Source: Raillietiella orientalis (lineage: Eukaryota). Taken from it: a DNA stretch of 64,000 nucleotides. Of the stretch, positions 24,351-37,150 are shown one piece after another. The DNA is taken from contig JAYWIR010000001.1 of assembly GCA_036172245.1 (NCBI GenBank), positions 3,348,001 through 3,412,000 on the forward strand, given 5' to 3'. The position numbers and the translations under genes were made by a program. The notes under the pieces were generated by a model. That model did not search any database. It saw only the letters and a list, made by a program, of their open reading frames with translations, and was not told where the DNA came from. Within the stretch, counting starts at the first letter, position 1; every line of letters begins with the position of its first letter.

Positions 24351-27300
24351 TATACATATATATAAAAATATATAAAAAAATTTTTTAAATGTGAATTAAT
24401 TAATTGAACATATCAATTAATTCAACAAAAGAACTTTTTTTTCTACAGAGAATTACACCAGTAAGGAAAACATGCGATAAATGTCATACTATCTCACAAG
24501 AAAACAGAAAAATATTCTTAGTCAGTGACGCATTGAAAACTGGCTTCATAATTAATCCTTCAAATTCATTCACGAGATGATGTCCTTTTCCTGCAAGAAA
24601 GTCTTCAAATTGTTTCTATTTTATTCTTCTCTCTATCCAATAAAGCAAATGTGTGATGTAGTTTGAACATCCAGAGACCATACAGTGAAGACATTTGTTT
24701 ATTTCTGACTGGACTGAAGTTTTATATCTTATAAATTGAATGTTTTTTCGAAATATCATTCTTATCTCATTAATAGGCACGATGTACTCAGCTGGATTCC
24801 GAAATGCGTCTTGGATATTAATTTTTCTTTGGGAGTTTCATTGAATTTTCTCTTCCCTTTGCCCACACTAAATGTGCCATCTGATAAAAACATAGATTCT
24901 TTTGTGAAAATAATGTAAACTATATAGAAACCTTTCTGCATTGTACTTGCCAGCTTGAGCAGAGTCTGGAAACTCAACGTTGTTCAAGATAAGAAGGAAT
25001 CTAATCCTATCTTTATCTCTTTATGTTTCATTCTTCTCTAAATTAAAAACAGAGAACGCTTGAAGAAATATGAAATTATCTGATGTTTAATTGGAAATCA
25101 GAGATGAAATTTAATCTAAATGAACCGAGAAGTCATCATAATCTACTTATACATAAGTATTGAAAGCTAAGGCATCAAAACCAATATAGCTCGTTGTGGA
25201 AATACAAAGCCATATACTTCATTATCATTGTAAGAAACTGTAATGACAAATGAGGTCTAAAGACCTCGGAACAATTTCCGATCAACTCAATACGTCAAAG
25301 CAATTTAAACAGAAACGGAAGTTTTCATACCTATGTGCAGACAGTAGCGTTAAGAATAATAATCCAAAAGAACAAAATCTTACATGAAATTCACTCGGTT
25401 AAAGAAAGATAAAGAATAAGTAATGGATAATCAACAGTTATTAAAAGATACTAATTTATTTATTTTAAATCAAAGCATTTGGACAAGCGAAGCGGATGTT
25501 CTACCGAAATGAGTATCAATCACCGAACGAACATTGAAATGATGAAAAATTAGGCACTGGCTGGGGCGTATTTTTTTCTGGTATACATCCTTGCCTTAAC
25601 CGTAAAGAAGAAATGAAGAAAAATAATCAAAAACTACGAAACGGACGGTGTTTGATTCCGAAACTGCAAGGTAAAAAAAAGATCAATAGAGGATAGGTAG
25701 CCGGATAGAACCGTGAAATGCATATTAATATGAACCAGTGGAACGAATTGAGTTGTGAATAAGTTACTTTTCTTCAATAACTTATTAGAGTCTAACAATG
25801 CAACATTCTATAAGCGGTTTTTAGATGAAAAATCTTTCAGAAAACAATACTGATGAACGCAACCGAAAATTCACATGCTGGTAATGCCAAAAAACTGGCT
25901 AGGGAAAAAATTGCTAGCAGCATAGGGATTCGCTTTTGAATAAATGTTGCTCCCATGAATTGTATCAGTGGTCTGTGTAGAGGGTAAGTCATAAGAAAAT
26001 ATGGAAACAAATGAACATTTGATGAAACGATACGGTATATAATGGAAATAAATGAAGTGATCGAAATGGAGACGGTCTGTGCAGAACACAAAAGAAAACC
26101 AAATATGCCAAACAAAATGCAGTGAACTCCTGTTTTCGAATACAAATCTATCTCACATGTAGTTTGTAGCTAATCCAGCTGCTTATCATGTGGTAACCAT
26201 ATTGCGAAACGTTACCTCGTGCGCAACGGGTGCAGTGTATGCACTGCCGTGGGGAAGCGTAGGTACTGCTTTTTGAGCGCTGCAGGCGGGTCGTCACGTG
26301 GACGCACCCGTTGTCCAGACGACGGGGAAAGCATCTTGCATGCCCCGGTCAACTCGTTCGCAAGTTTTATCGTAGTAGAAATGGAGGATTCTTTCTTTGT
26401 TTTGTTTTTTTGTTTTTGCGCCAGGATATGCTTCGGCACTGTGGGAAAAAACGTCGAAACGACGCGAAACGACGAAGTTGCCTGGGAATTTGTTAATTTC
26501 GTAATCATAGCAGAAAACAAGAGATTTTCACAGGCACCGAATCCGGTTTTCTGGTACTGATTTCAGAAATGTCGATTCTTGGAGTTTTGGTGGCTTTAGT
26601 TCCTGAGATGAGGAATTTGTCCTGTGGTGTGTGATGGCTTAGCTTGTAGAATAATAGAAGATCAGTTGTACAACATGTTAATTGCAGTATTCCAAACTAA
26701 AAGAAAATAAGTTTGGGATTTTATCAAGATTATAGCTCAATTAAAAAAAAAGTGGAAATGAATGCAAGAGAACACGCAAGTCACTTATTACAAATGATTC
26801 TAAATTTCATTTCTATGGTCACTCAACGAGAAACTTGCTCCCTAAATTCGACGAATGTAAAATTCTGTCAGGTGAAAACTGTCAAATGGAAAAATTGGAA
26901 AAAATGAATGTGACATTAAAAATCCGTTCCGATGTTTTATAAGTATTATTGCCGCTCAGAAACTTTTAGCTGAAGCGAGCAAAAAACTTCATTGCACTCA
27001 ACGTCACATAACACAAGTAAACAACTTTTATGCAATTTTCGTGCCATACTTAAGTTACATTTTGTAACAACAAAAAAACAGTTCACCATGTACGCAGTCA
27101 GCATTTGGTGTAATTAAAGCTAGAGCAGAAATTCCGGCTCCACGTAAGGAATATCACGGGAACCGAGTTACTGAACACTTGTGAGCTTGACATGAATGTG
27201 TGGTAATAGTAGAAAACATGAATAAATGAATAAGAAACAGTAAGATCACCGTTAATTTCTTTCCAGTTTTTACTTTTTTGATGCTCAAAGCGTATTTTGC

Positions 27301-27352
27301 AAAGTGTTTATAAAATCTTATTTCAGGTATAACTTCATCAGTAGCATAATAT

Positions 27353-28182
27353 ATGGAAAAAAACATGACAAAAACTTCAAGAATAAATCAAAAAAAACTT
27401 GTTATTGGGATTCTATCAGTAGTATTGCTTATATTTGTGCTATTTTCATATAGAAATACTTATGACCATATGTTGGAATTCAAAAAAGAGTTGCAAGAAT
27501 GCTTTGCATCAAGGGAAAAATCGGAATCACAATTGCAATGTTTGTTGGTTATCATTTTGATTAAGTTATTTAAATAAAAAAAAAAACATTCATCTTATAA
27601 ATTAATGTATCAATTGAATTTTGAACATGTATTGGTTAATTTTAGTTACTAAGGACTTGCATGCTGAAGCAGAGAAAAACTTGCAGCAATGCAAGCAAGG
27701 TAAGAATTCTGCTGAGAAAGAACACCAGGAGGCATTAACTCAGTGTAAATCTGCACAAAACAAAATGGAGAGGTATTCCAAATCAACTGAGGATAGCCTA
27801 AAGCAGTTGCAGGTAGGTTTATGTATTCCACATGAATTTATAGAAAATAATTGACTGTAGGTTCTTTTTAACACACTTGAAACGAAATATCAAAAACTTA
27901 TAACTGCTGAATCTATATGGAATGCAACAAAAACTGACTTGGAAAAAGCACTTACAGATCTTAAAAGTCACAAGGATAAAATCAAGAGTCTTGAGGTAAA
28001 CTCTTCATTATGTCCATGTGTAACATATCATTTTTAAGAATGAACTTGCCACATGCACTAGTGACAGGAGACGGACTGATGAACATGCAGCTGGAAAGGT
28101 TCTTAATTATGCTATTGCCAACAACTCGAAAATTGGAGATTCATAGAAGAAACAAGGTACAAAGTGGAAAAAAGCACAATAG
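27353..28182 (+). CDS. Small type II membrane coiled-coil protein, GOLIM4/GPP130 N-terminus-like
   Basis: Exons 27353-27539, 27646-27812, 27861-27995 and 28039-onward join in frame across GT-AG introns. Basic N-tail, one TM helix (LVIGILSVVLLIFVLFSY), then coiled coil with EKSESQLQFTKDLHAEAEKNLQ, which resembles my recollection of GOLIM4 ESLSAQLQVVYEHRSRLEKSLQ. The end is ambiguous: stop at 28146 if unspliced, or 28182 after one more intron. Confidence 0.6.
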
Positions 28183-30119
28183 AAGCACTCCAGTTCCTAG
28201 GTCATATATTCTTGCCAATATGATGGTTTCATTTTATGTACTGAAATACTGATGACCTTGGAGTGTGCAGACTCTGACATGTAAGAGTTCAAAGTATATA
28301 AAATTTATTTCCATTTAATTGTTTATTTAAAAAAAAAACGGTTTTCAATACGCAGATTTGATAATTGCGTACTTTTTCCAGGTTTTTTTTTATTTATTTT
28401 TTTAATCACATTAGATCTAATTTATATTAGCAGATTGGATATCCAATCTGCTAATTTATCAATTTTTTCTTGAGATATTCCTTCAGCTTCCATAGTGTCA
28501 TGCAGAGTAGGATCCATAAAGATAGTCTTTCTCACAGATGCTTAATTTTTCTCCTAATATTTCATGTGCAGCAAAGTTTCTAGTCGGAATAACATACACA
28601 ATGGTACACAAACAGGATGCCTTGTCCACTTTCTGCAGAATAAAATCCTTTTTGGTTATTTTGCTTGATTGAATCTTCTTAATCGAAGATTTCTTTTCCA
28701 TATTAACAATGTCTCTTGACTGATCAGAATGCTTGTTTGCAAACCATTTGATAACTTCTGTTGTTTCAAATGGAGAACTTATGGTTGCTTGCACTGCCTA
28801 TGGATTGCATTAAAAAAAGTAAAATTAGAGAAACCCCAAAATAATCTCAGATATAACACAATCTAAACATAATAATGTGAAACAAAAGCAATGAAGTTGC
28901 ATCATATTTTACTAAAAAGTAATACACTAATTTTAAAAGGTTTTGGAATAGCTAATTTGAATTTTTACTGAAGAACAAGTTGGTACAAAATGGGAATTTT
29001 TACATTCTAGTACACATCCAAAACAATTATTTTAATAAGTCATTAATGAAATTGCAGGGAAAACTTACAATGTCTTTATTCCCTAAATATCAATCTAATA
29101 ATTATAAACAAAAAGAAAGCATCTATCTTTGGTAAGTTACTACATTAGCTGCAATACAACATCTAAAATGGTAGATATCAAAACCATTTAGTGAATAATA
29201 CAGATATCTAATTACACACAGAGACAACACTATCAACAATGGAAAACTAAGGGAAAACCAAAGTGTGAACACATATTTCATGTTTCATCATATCTGGCAT
29301 GAAATACCTGTCTTTCATGAGAAAGTGAGCAATACAAAATAAAATGTGTGCCTTAAATTCAGTATCGCCCAAACAATGTTTTTTACTACAAAAGAGTAAA
29401 TATCCAAACTCTTGATCCACTAACTGTCGTATCAGAATTTCAGACTGAAATAAGAACTTTTGATGTTAATGAAAGGAGAATTCAAAAGTGTACTTGATAC
29501 TACTTGGAAAATCAATGTATGAAGAAGTGAAAAATAAGCTGAACATCATGCTAGGAAAACGGGGATAAAGATTGTGGTGTGATCTCTACATTTCCGATGT
29601 TACTACTGTAAAGCATTCTGCATTCTTACTCATAAGTGCAACACTGCATGTTGGATTTATATCATAAAGTAAACAACACAACAAAGAATGGAGAACCTAG
29701 AAGAATAATGAATAAAGCAGAAATGAATAAACTAACAACAGATGAAATACAAGGTGTTGGAATGAAAGAAAATGCCAATAGTTTCATGTATTACTTTCCA
29801 AACATCAATTCATGTTTCAGTCATCTTGAAAGTATAGAAATGAGCATTTTTGGTAATGTGCATTTCGAGTTTATCCGAGTACATACGATGTACAGATTTG
29901 CCAAGAAAGCTTTGTGTTTTTTTGAAAAACTCTGGTCCCCATTCCAACGCATAATTCTTTCGCCTTTTACTAAAGAATTGCGTAGACGGGGACGTCTAAA
30001 CGAGTCTTTAGACGAATTTTGTTAAAGCCCTACGTAGCTTCTCTTATAGCATTCATGCTGTAAAAGTAAATGCTGTAATCTGATGATTAACGAAACAAAA
30101 TAACACGACTGGATGCACT

Positions 30120-30235
30120 AAAAGCTTCTGTGGTTTTTGGTAAACTGATCTGGTTTTGGGTTCCACATGTTTGTCCTACTATTGCTTGCCAAAACACAGT
30201 AAGTAAGCAACTTTGTAAGTTTACATAGAAAACAC
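30120..30235 (-). pseudogene. Frameshifted GIY-YIG endonuclease relic, Penelope-like element type
   Basis: Mosaic reading FLCKLT/KVAYLLCFGKQ/VGQT...NHRS. Its spacing fits FxCxxxNVVYLxxCxxCGKQYVGQT-x11-HRS, but about 3 frameshifts are required. Confidence 0.4.
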
Positions 30236-32144
30236 ATGAAATCACGTGGAAAGGCTCCAAAAATAACTTTGAACTTACCAAGTAAATTGCATCCAATTCA
30301 TGCTCGGGCGTTTCATTCTTTGACAATCAGTCATCCAAGGAACTTTGAAATTCCTTCAACTCATTAGTAGTTCCGAATTTCGGTAATTTCCTATTCACTT
30401 TCTCCAATTTGGTCCCTAATTCAATGAGCTGACGGGCGAAAAATTGGCAGCTTACCTACGTCTACGCAAGCCATGCAGTCGCTGCATCAATTTGCTGCAT
30501 CCTGCATCACATTCTGTGATTTTAATTTCATACGATCCATTTGCATACCATTACCTCGAAACGTTACTCTGGACGACGTTCACTACCTCGGCAGCATACT
30601 TCAAGGGTCTGCTGTTGGATTTCATACCCGTGGGTAGCATCCAAAGAGATGGAACGAGGTACCGAAGGTGTGAGCACCCTGCCAAAGGAGTTCGCCAGCA
30701 TTCGGCCTGATCGCTGCTGGCGTTGAGTTCCCACGATAATACAGGTGAAAATGTGAAACTACAAACATTTGCAAGCCTGTGCACTAGCCCTTTTGCATTC
30801 GGACTTCTGTTTTTGTGAAAATGACTGTTTCGATTATGCCTTTCTCTTTTCTGTTCAATATCGGACACAATGTTTCAAAAGTCCCGAACAAAAGCTTGCT
30901 TGCAGCTACCTCCCACACGGAAACGAGGATAAAGAAACCAATTTCTTCGTCAGCCAGACATACGCGGGCTTTTAGAATGTTTCGAAATCGATGGTCAAAG
31001 CTCCTCATCAGCGAAACCAAGGATTAGTTTAAAAGTTAATATGGATGAAAAACTAGTCGACAAACGTAATCAAACCACAAGCACAAAGCAAACGATAATA
31101 GATGAAGAAACAAACCAGTTACGAGTGTACGTACTCAACATGTAGATCAGCTAAGATCCCGATCCTAGTTTTCTCACAATCTAAAATTTTTTACTATAAC
31201 AAAAAGTTGAGATTATTCAAAAATTTTCTTCACACTTTAATTTGCCTTCGTTTTGAATAGCAAATTCAATTCAAGAAATGCTTCCTTCATTCTTTAGAAC
31301 ACTTTTCATACATGGAATTTAGCTGCCAATTCAAAGTCTTTAAATCATTTGATGAGAACACAGTTATGCATAGCCATTTGGTTGAACAGAAGTTATAATA
31401 ATGAGGGTTTCTTGTTTTTTCTGCATAGAAAAAACAAGTACTGATTTAGTGGAATCAAACAAACAAAATGGAAGAAAGAAGAAATGGGATTACGAGCAGC
31501 TCTTATTAGATTGTGATGATCAGCAACAATGATTTGGTAAAATTCTTTGCTTTCATAAGCATTCTATGAAGTTTCCTTTCCATTTGAAATCATCTTTCCT
31601 CTCCTGAAAATTCTCTGAAAAGAGTTAAAGGAATGTACATAATGTAGAACTAGAGGGATCATTCCTTCAGAATTTATAACTTCATAATTATATTCACCAG
31701 ATAGCCAATTCATTTGAGTTTTTAAACACATCTAAAGTCATATCAAAGTGTATTCTGTCCTTCAAAAAGAATGAAATCTGCATTTTTGGAAAAAAGGGAT
31801 TTATAAAATAAAGAAAACTACATATTTTGCATTATTAGTGAGCACAAGTGTGAGGTTTTTTGTGAGCATTATCAGTCATTTTCGAACGCTGATTTGTAAA
31901 TATATACTTAAAAGGTAACTTGAGAATTTGATTACTCTAAAATAATTATATTTTACTGAAATAATAGACGTCTAGCTTTATTACAAGCCCAATCAAATCA
32001 CAGTGAAATGAGCACGATGAGGATTTTTACATGGTCAGTAAAAAGTAAGTGTAATTGGCAAAACCTTTTGATAAATTTTCGAATTGTGATGTGTTACGCA
32101 GAGATACTCTCTTCGGAAAGCAATCATACAATCTGCTGTAGAAG

Positions 32145-35100
32145 ATGACCGAATCTAAATATGTCCTCAAATGTTCATTGAGAAGTCATAATAGCGATGT
32201 ACGGTGCATAACAGTAACCGAAAACGGGAACCTAATCACAGGCTCGAGAGATAAAACATGCAAACTATGGACTCCAACAGAGTAAGACGATCATTTTTTT
32301 TTAAAAAAAAAAAAAGAAAGAGGACTGAAGAAGTTCACCGAGGAATTTGAAACCTAATTGCAATTAATATCGCAAAATATTGTTATGACAATAAAATGGT
32401 GGAATGCATAAGAATTTCTAAAAGAAAAATAAGGGTTTTTTGTTAGTAACATTCAGTATTAAGTTTTAAGACCTAGCACAAAAATTTACGACTGAAAGAT
32501 ATTTCTAAATTTCCAGTATGGTAATCACTGGAAAATTCGTTTTCTTATATGATATTGAAATTCGTGATGTTTATAAAAACGAAAGTTTAGAGTAGTTTAC
32601 ATTTATCAACCGTTTTCTTCATTGTTCCATGAAACTTGCCTAAAGCTTTTAAATAGTTTTTATGAAATGAGAAATTTTTGCTTTAGTGTTATCCCCAAAG
32701 TAGACATTACAACGTATTAAATATTGAAATTTTGATTAGAATTAGGTGAATTTTGATGAATTGTAAATGATATATTTTATTCATCGCATGTATAATATTA
32801 CTGGGGATTTTATTAGAGTTTTCCATATTTGTAATTATTGTTCACATAATCATATATTATGTTTAATATGGCGTATAAACGTTTAAAGAGATAGCAGCTT
32901 AGTGATTCAGTTTAATGGGATTTGAGTGTTGTTAATCTTAAACGTATACATGATGTGTGTTTTGCAAAATAACCCAGTATTACCCATGTTTTTCAAAGGA
33001 TAGCTTGATACATTTTTATTGTAAAGTTAAACTCTGATTTCCGATTATTGGCATAATTTGAGGATTATTTCAAATATTGATTTTTCATGATTCACTTAGT
33101 GATGGATCTCAAATGAAAGAATGCCAACAGTATCTGGGATCCGAAAAATTTGTTGCATGTGTTTGTTATATTGAACCAGATGAAGATTTTCCACAAGGAT
33201 TTCTTTTAGTTGGAAGCAATGATTCAGCTATTTATGGTTATTTTCTTAATGAAGAAAATCCCACATTCAAGCTTACTCATCACAAAGATGCAGGTTGAAT
33301 ATCATTGATTATCAATTTTTGAGTTATTTTTCAATTATGAAGATAACTAGAATATAACGTGCACTTTTGGCGAAACTTTCATGTGAAAGCATGTTAAAAA
33401 ATGCATGCAAGTTTAGTACATCACTTCCATCTTGCATATGTAGTTACAGTAATTCTTTTTAATTACTGTGATATTACTTGTTAGGTTCTTTTATTTGTTG
33501 AGTGTTCTGTACATGCAGTATAGCTGCACTGTTATTATCTTAAATTCCCTTTTTAATACTCTCTCTAATTGTTATTTTATGTACTAGAATTTACATATTT
33601 TGAAGGTACGGTCTACAAATCAGAATCACCCCTATATTGAAAAATCTGAGCATGGCTTTTGTGGGATTTTATTTGTAATTACAGAAATTTAAATGGATTG
33701 CATTTTTTTTTTTATCACAAAGACAGTTTGGTAGTATAATCTAATAAAATTATTATGTGTGTGGGATGAAGCTTCCCTAAATATATAAGAACATTTTTGG
33801 TGTCCAAGTTTTATGATTGATGCCAAGTATTGTTCCTTATTGTTAAGAATATTAAGAAAAGTCAACATCTATGAGTGCAGGACCCAGAGTTTCGGGCTTG
33901 ACACAACTGCAACGAAAATCAATATATTTTCAGTCAAAGTAACATATTTTCAGTATGTTCCTTAGATTTTCGTTGCAGTTCTCGTTTTTTTTTATTGTTT
34001 TCTTTTCCGTTGTTCTCTTCAGATTTCATCAAAAAAAAAGTAAAAAATTAAAATGTACATTGGTATTTAGTTGGACAAGGTTGTAAAATCAGTGGTGTGG
34101 CTCCTGTGGCTTTTTGTTGCCTACTGTGTTGGTGTTATTGCTGTGTACTTTTGCATTCATTATTGCATACTCATAAGAGAAAGGTTCATTGCAAATATAC
34201 ATAACTGATACAATTCTGCAATTACATATTTCACCTATAGAGAAAGATTAAAGTTCTCATGTTTGAAAGCAAGATGGGAATGAATTGATTATTTGAAGAA
34301 AAAATGCAGCTGTAATTAAATAGAAATTTATAAAAACTGTAAACTGATGTTACAATGAAAAAAAAAACATAGCATATAATTTGTAATAATTCTGAAGTAT
34401 TTCTCTCTTAAAATATTGGTTGCTTGTTTTAAACGTGAATTTCCAGCACAGTTACCTGTTTTCATGTGAGAACTGTAGAAATTGTCAAACATAGTTTCTG
34501 CCCAGAACCAGTACATTTTCCATCAGCAAAGTTCGTAAATTTCTGTTTGTAAAAAACAAACAACTCTCAAACAAAGCTGTAAAGGTTATTTTATCAATGG
34601 AATTAGTGCAAAATAATAAAAGTATCTCTTGATTTAGAAAGTGGTTAAATGGTGTGCTTTATTAGGATAATCAAAATTTGCCAGTAATAAAAGAAATTGT
34701 CATGAAATTTACTTCTGGCGAACAATTTTAGGGCAGTTTAAAGCAGTCTTATTGTGTGGTAATTGTTACAAAAAAACAATCTTGTTATCATTATTTATAG
34801 ATTAAAAAAGTTGCGAACCTTGCTGATCACTGATTTCCTGTAGAATTGTAATGTCAGCTTTCAAATCAATTATTATTTGTTACAGACACCTAATAGCTCA
34901 TATTTAGATTTGAGTTATAAGATTAACTATTTTGTAAAAGAATTTATGAATCTTCATATCACTTTTCGCATCATTAATTGTATTCTTTCAGTTTGCAGCA
35001 TAGTTTATGGGAGATCAGGCATTTTTGTCAGTTGTTCATGGGATACAACGGCAAAGGTCTGGTTAAAGCAAAAATGCATTTTTACACTGACTAGTCATCA

Positions 35101-37149
35101 AGCTGCAATATGGGCAGTTGCTACAGTACCTGAAGACGGAATTATTCTGACAGGATCAGCTGATAAAACTATCAAACTATGGAAGGGCGATCAGTGTCAA
35201 AAAACTTTGGAGAACCATTCTGATTGTGTGAGAGGTTTGGCTCTTCTAGAAAGGAAGCACTTTCTGTCTTGTTCCAATGATGCAACTATTAAATTATGGA
35301 CAATACAAGGGGATTGCTTGAAAACTTATTTTGGACATTCCAATTACATATATAGGTTAGAATCCGCATTTCCACAAAACTTTTATTGCTTAAATTTCTA
35401 GCATTGCTTCATTTCCTGATGGTCGTGGCTTTGTTAGTTGTGGAGAAGATGGCATTTTGAGAATCTGGAATCAAGACGAGTGTCAGCAAATGGTACATCT
35501 TCCAGCACAGTCATTATGGTGCGTAGCTGTACTTCCTAATGGAGACATTGCTGTAGGGAGTAGGTGAGTCCAAATATTTTTTATGGCTGAGACTGATGGT
35601 ATCCAAATTGTGACTACCTTTGCAGTGATGCTGTGTGTTGGGTGTTTACTTGTTCTTCAGAGCACTGTGCTCCTTCTAAGGATCAGTCTGTGTTTGAGAA
35701 AACTGCCAAAGATTTTCATGAAAGTAAAAATGAGCTACTCGGAGACATTAAAATTACAGAGTGAGGTGCATTAATTATTTGCAACCAGTGGCAAAGACTG
35801 TCATTTAGTTTGCCAGGAGAAGAAGCATTAAAAACACATGGCAAACATGAAGGCCAGAATCTAATCATTCGTGAAGGTACTTGTGCTGTTTTATTCAATT
35901 GGGATAGTGCAAAACAACAGTGGAATCGAGTTGGAGAAGTAATGGGTGCAAGTAATCAACACAAGCAATTATATAAAGGCAAAGTGAGTCATATTAACAG
36001 ATTACAAATCTATAGTAGGGATCCAGGAATATGACTATGTTTTCAGTGTTGATGTAGAAGAAGGCAAACCTCCTCTTAAGTTACCTTACAACAAGACAGA
36101 TGACCCTTGGAAAGCAGCACAAAATTTTATCTATGAATATGGTTTAAATCAGTTTTTTTTGGACCAGATTGTTAATTTTATTATTTCAAACTCAAAAAAT
36201 ACTACTAGTCCATCAGTGAAAGAATCTACTGACCCATACACAGGTTAGCATAGATGAGATTTTTGAATTACTTGTGCCATAGGTTGTGATCGTTATGTTC
36301 CTCCTTCAACCACAACTACACAAAAATCTTATTTTCATGTGGAATCTTATTTAATGTTTAACTTAGCAAAAGTAGAAGCAATATTGAGTAAGTGCATGAA
36401 ATATCTTAGATTTTATATGAGTTGCAGTGAAACTCCAGCAATTTCATCCTGATCTAACTGAAAATCAGTTGAGTCTTCTGAAGTCCCTATGTGAGCTCAC
36501 TTCTTCCATTGATCAAGCATCTTTAGAATTATTAGACTCACTACTACATACACAGGAGGAAAAAATCTATCCAGCTTTAGATGTGCTAAGGCTAGGACTG
36601 AGGAGAATGGATATTAACAAGTACTTCTGTGAACATTATCACTCATTGTTAGATTCTTTTTTGTTTTGTCATTTGCAAGATTCAAGTATTTCAGCGAATC
36701 GCTTGCTGTGTTTAAGGTGTCTTTGCAATTTGTTTTCCCATAAGACAGGAGAGCAACTAATGTTGAAGAATCAAAATCAGCTGCTGGATTTAATCACATG
36801 TTTGCAAAAAAATACCTTATCCTCTCATGAGCAAGTTGCAATAACAACCCTTATTCTTAATTATGTGTTAGCTATCAAAAATATTGGAAGCAATAGTTTC
36901 ATGCTTGTTACTCCTATATTAATTGAGTGCCTATTACAGTTTAAAGATGAAGAGGCACTTTTTCGCTGTTTAGTTTCATTGGGCATTATGCTGACTATCA
37001 AAGAATTGAAATTAAAATCTTCACCTCTGTTGTGTCAACTAAAATCTCACCTTAGCGTATTAAGAAAAGCTGAAATGTCTAAGCTGGCCAATGTTGCAGC
37101 TCAAGTTGAAACTTTACTCTTAAATAATCTTCATGAAAGCACTCAATAA
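32145..37149 (+). CDS. PLAA: Phospholipase A2-activating protein (PLAA/DOA1/UFD3): WD40 + PFU + PUL
   Basis: Nine exons join in frame, all GT-AG: 32145-32281, 33100-33293, 34992-35355, 35402-35563, 35626-35760, 35809-35983, 36027-36243, 36283-36387, 36428-37149. Motifs: HNSDVRC..ITGSRDKTCKLW, SCSWDTTAKVW, PFU EYDYVFSVDVEEGKPPLKLPYNKTDDPWKAAQNFI, DPYTGCDRYVP, PUL YPALDVLRL and EALFRCLVSLG. Confidence 0.96.
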
Positions 37150-37150
37150 A
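37145..37150 (+). promoter_or_regulatory. Putative polyadenylation signal overlapping the PLAA stop codon
   Basis: CAA TAA A gives AATAAA, followed by a T/GT-rich tract (ggttttttgagagttgtttgctttt). Confidence 0.55.

Noticed and set aside
24520-25040. Minus-strand intron-like signals and faint caspase- or MULE-like peptides (LLILNNVEF, VPINEI, SDGTF)
   Set aside because: All splice combinations hit stops and no catalytic motif is present, so no call can be supported.
30080-30150. TGATGA...CTGA ~70 nt apart, like a C/D snoRNA
   Set aside because: There is no convincing terminal stem, no plus-strand host intron, and only a wobble-rich rRNA match.
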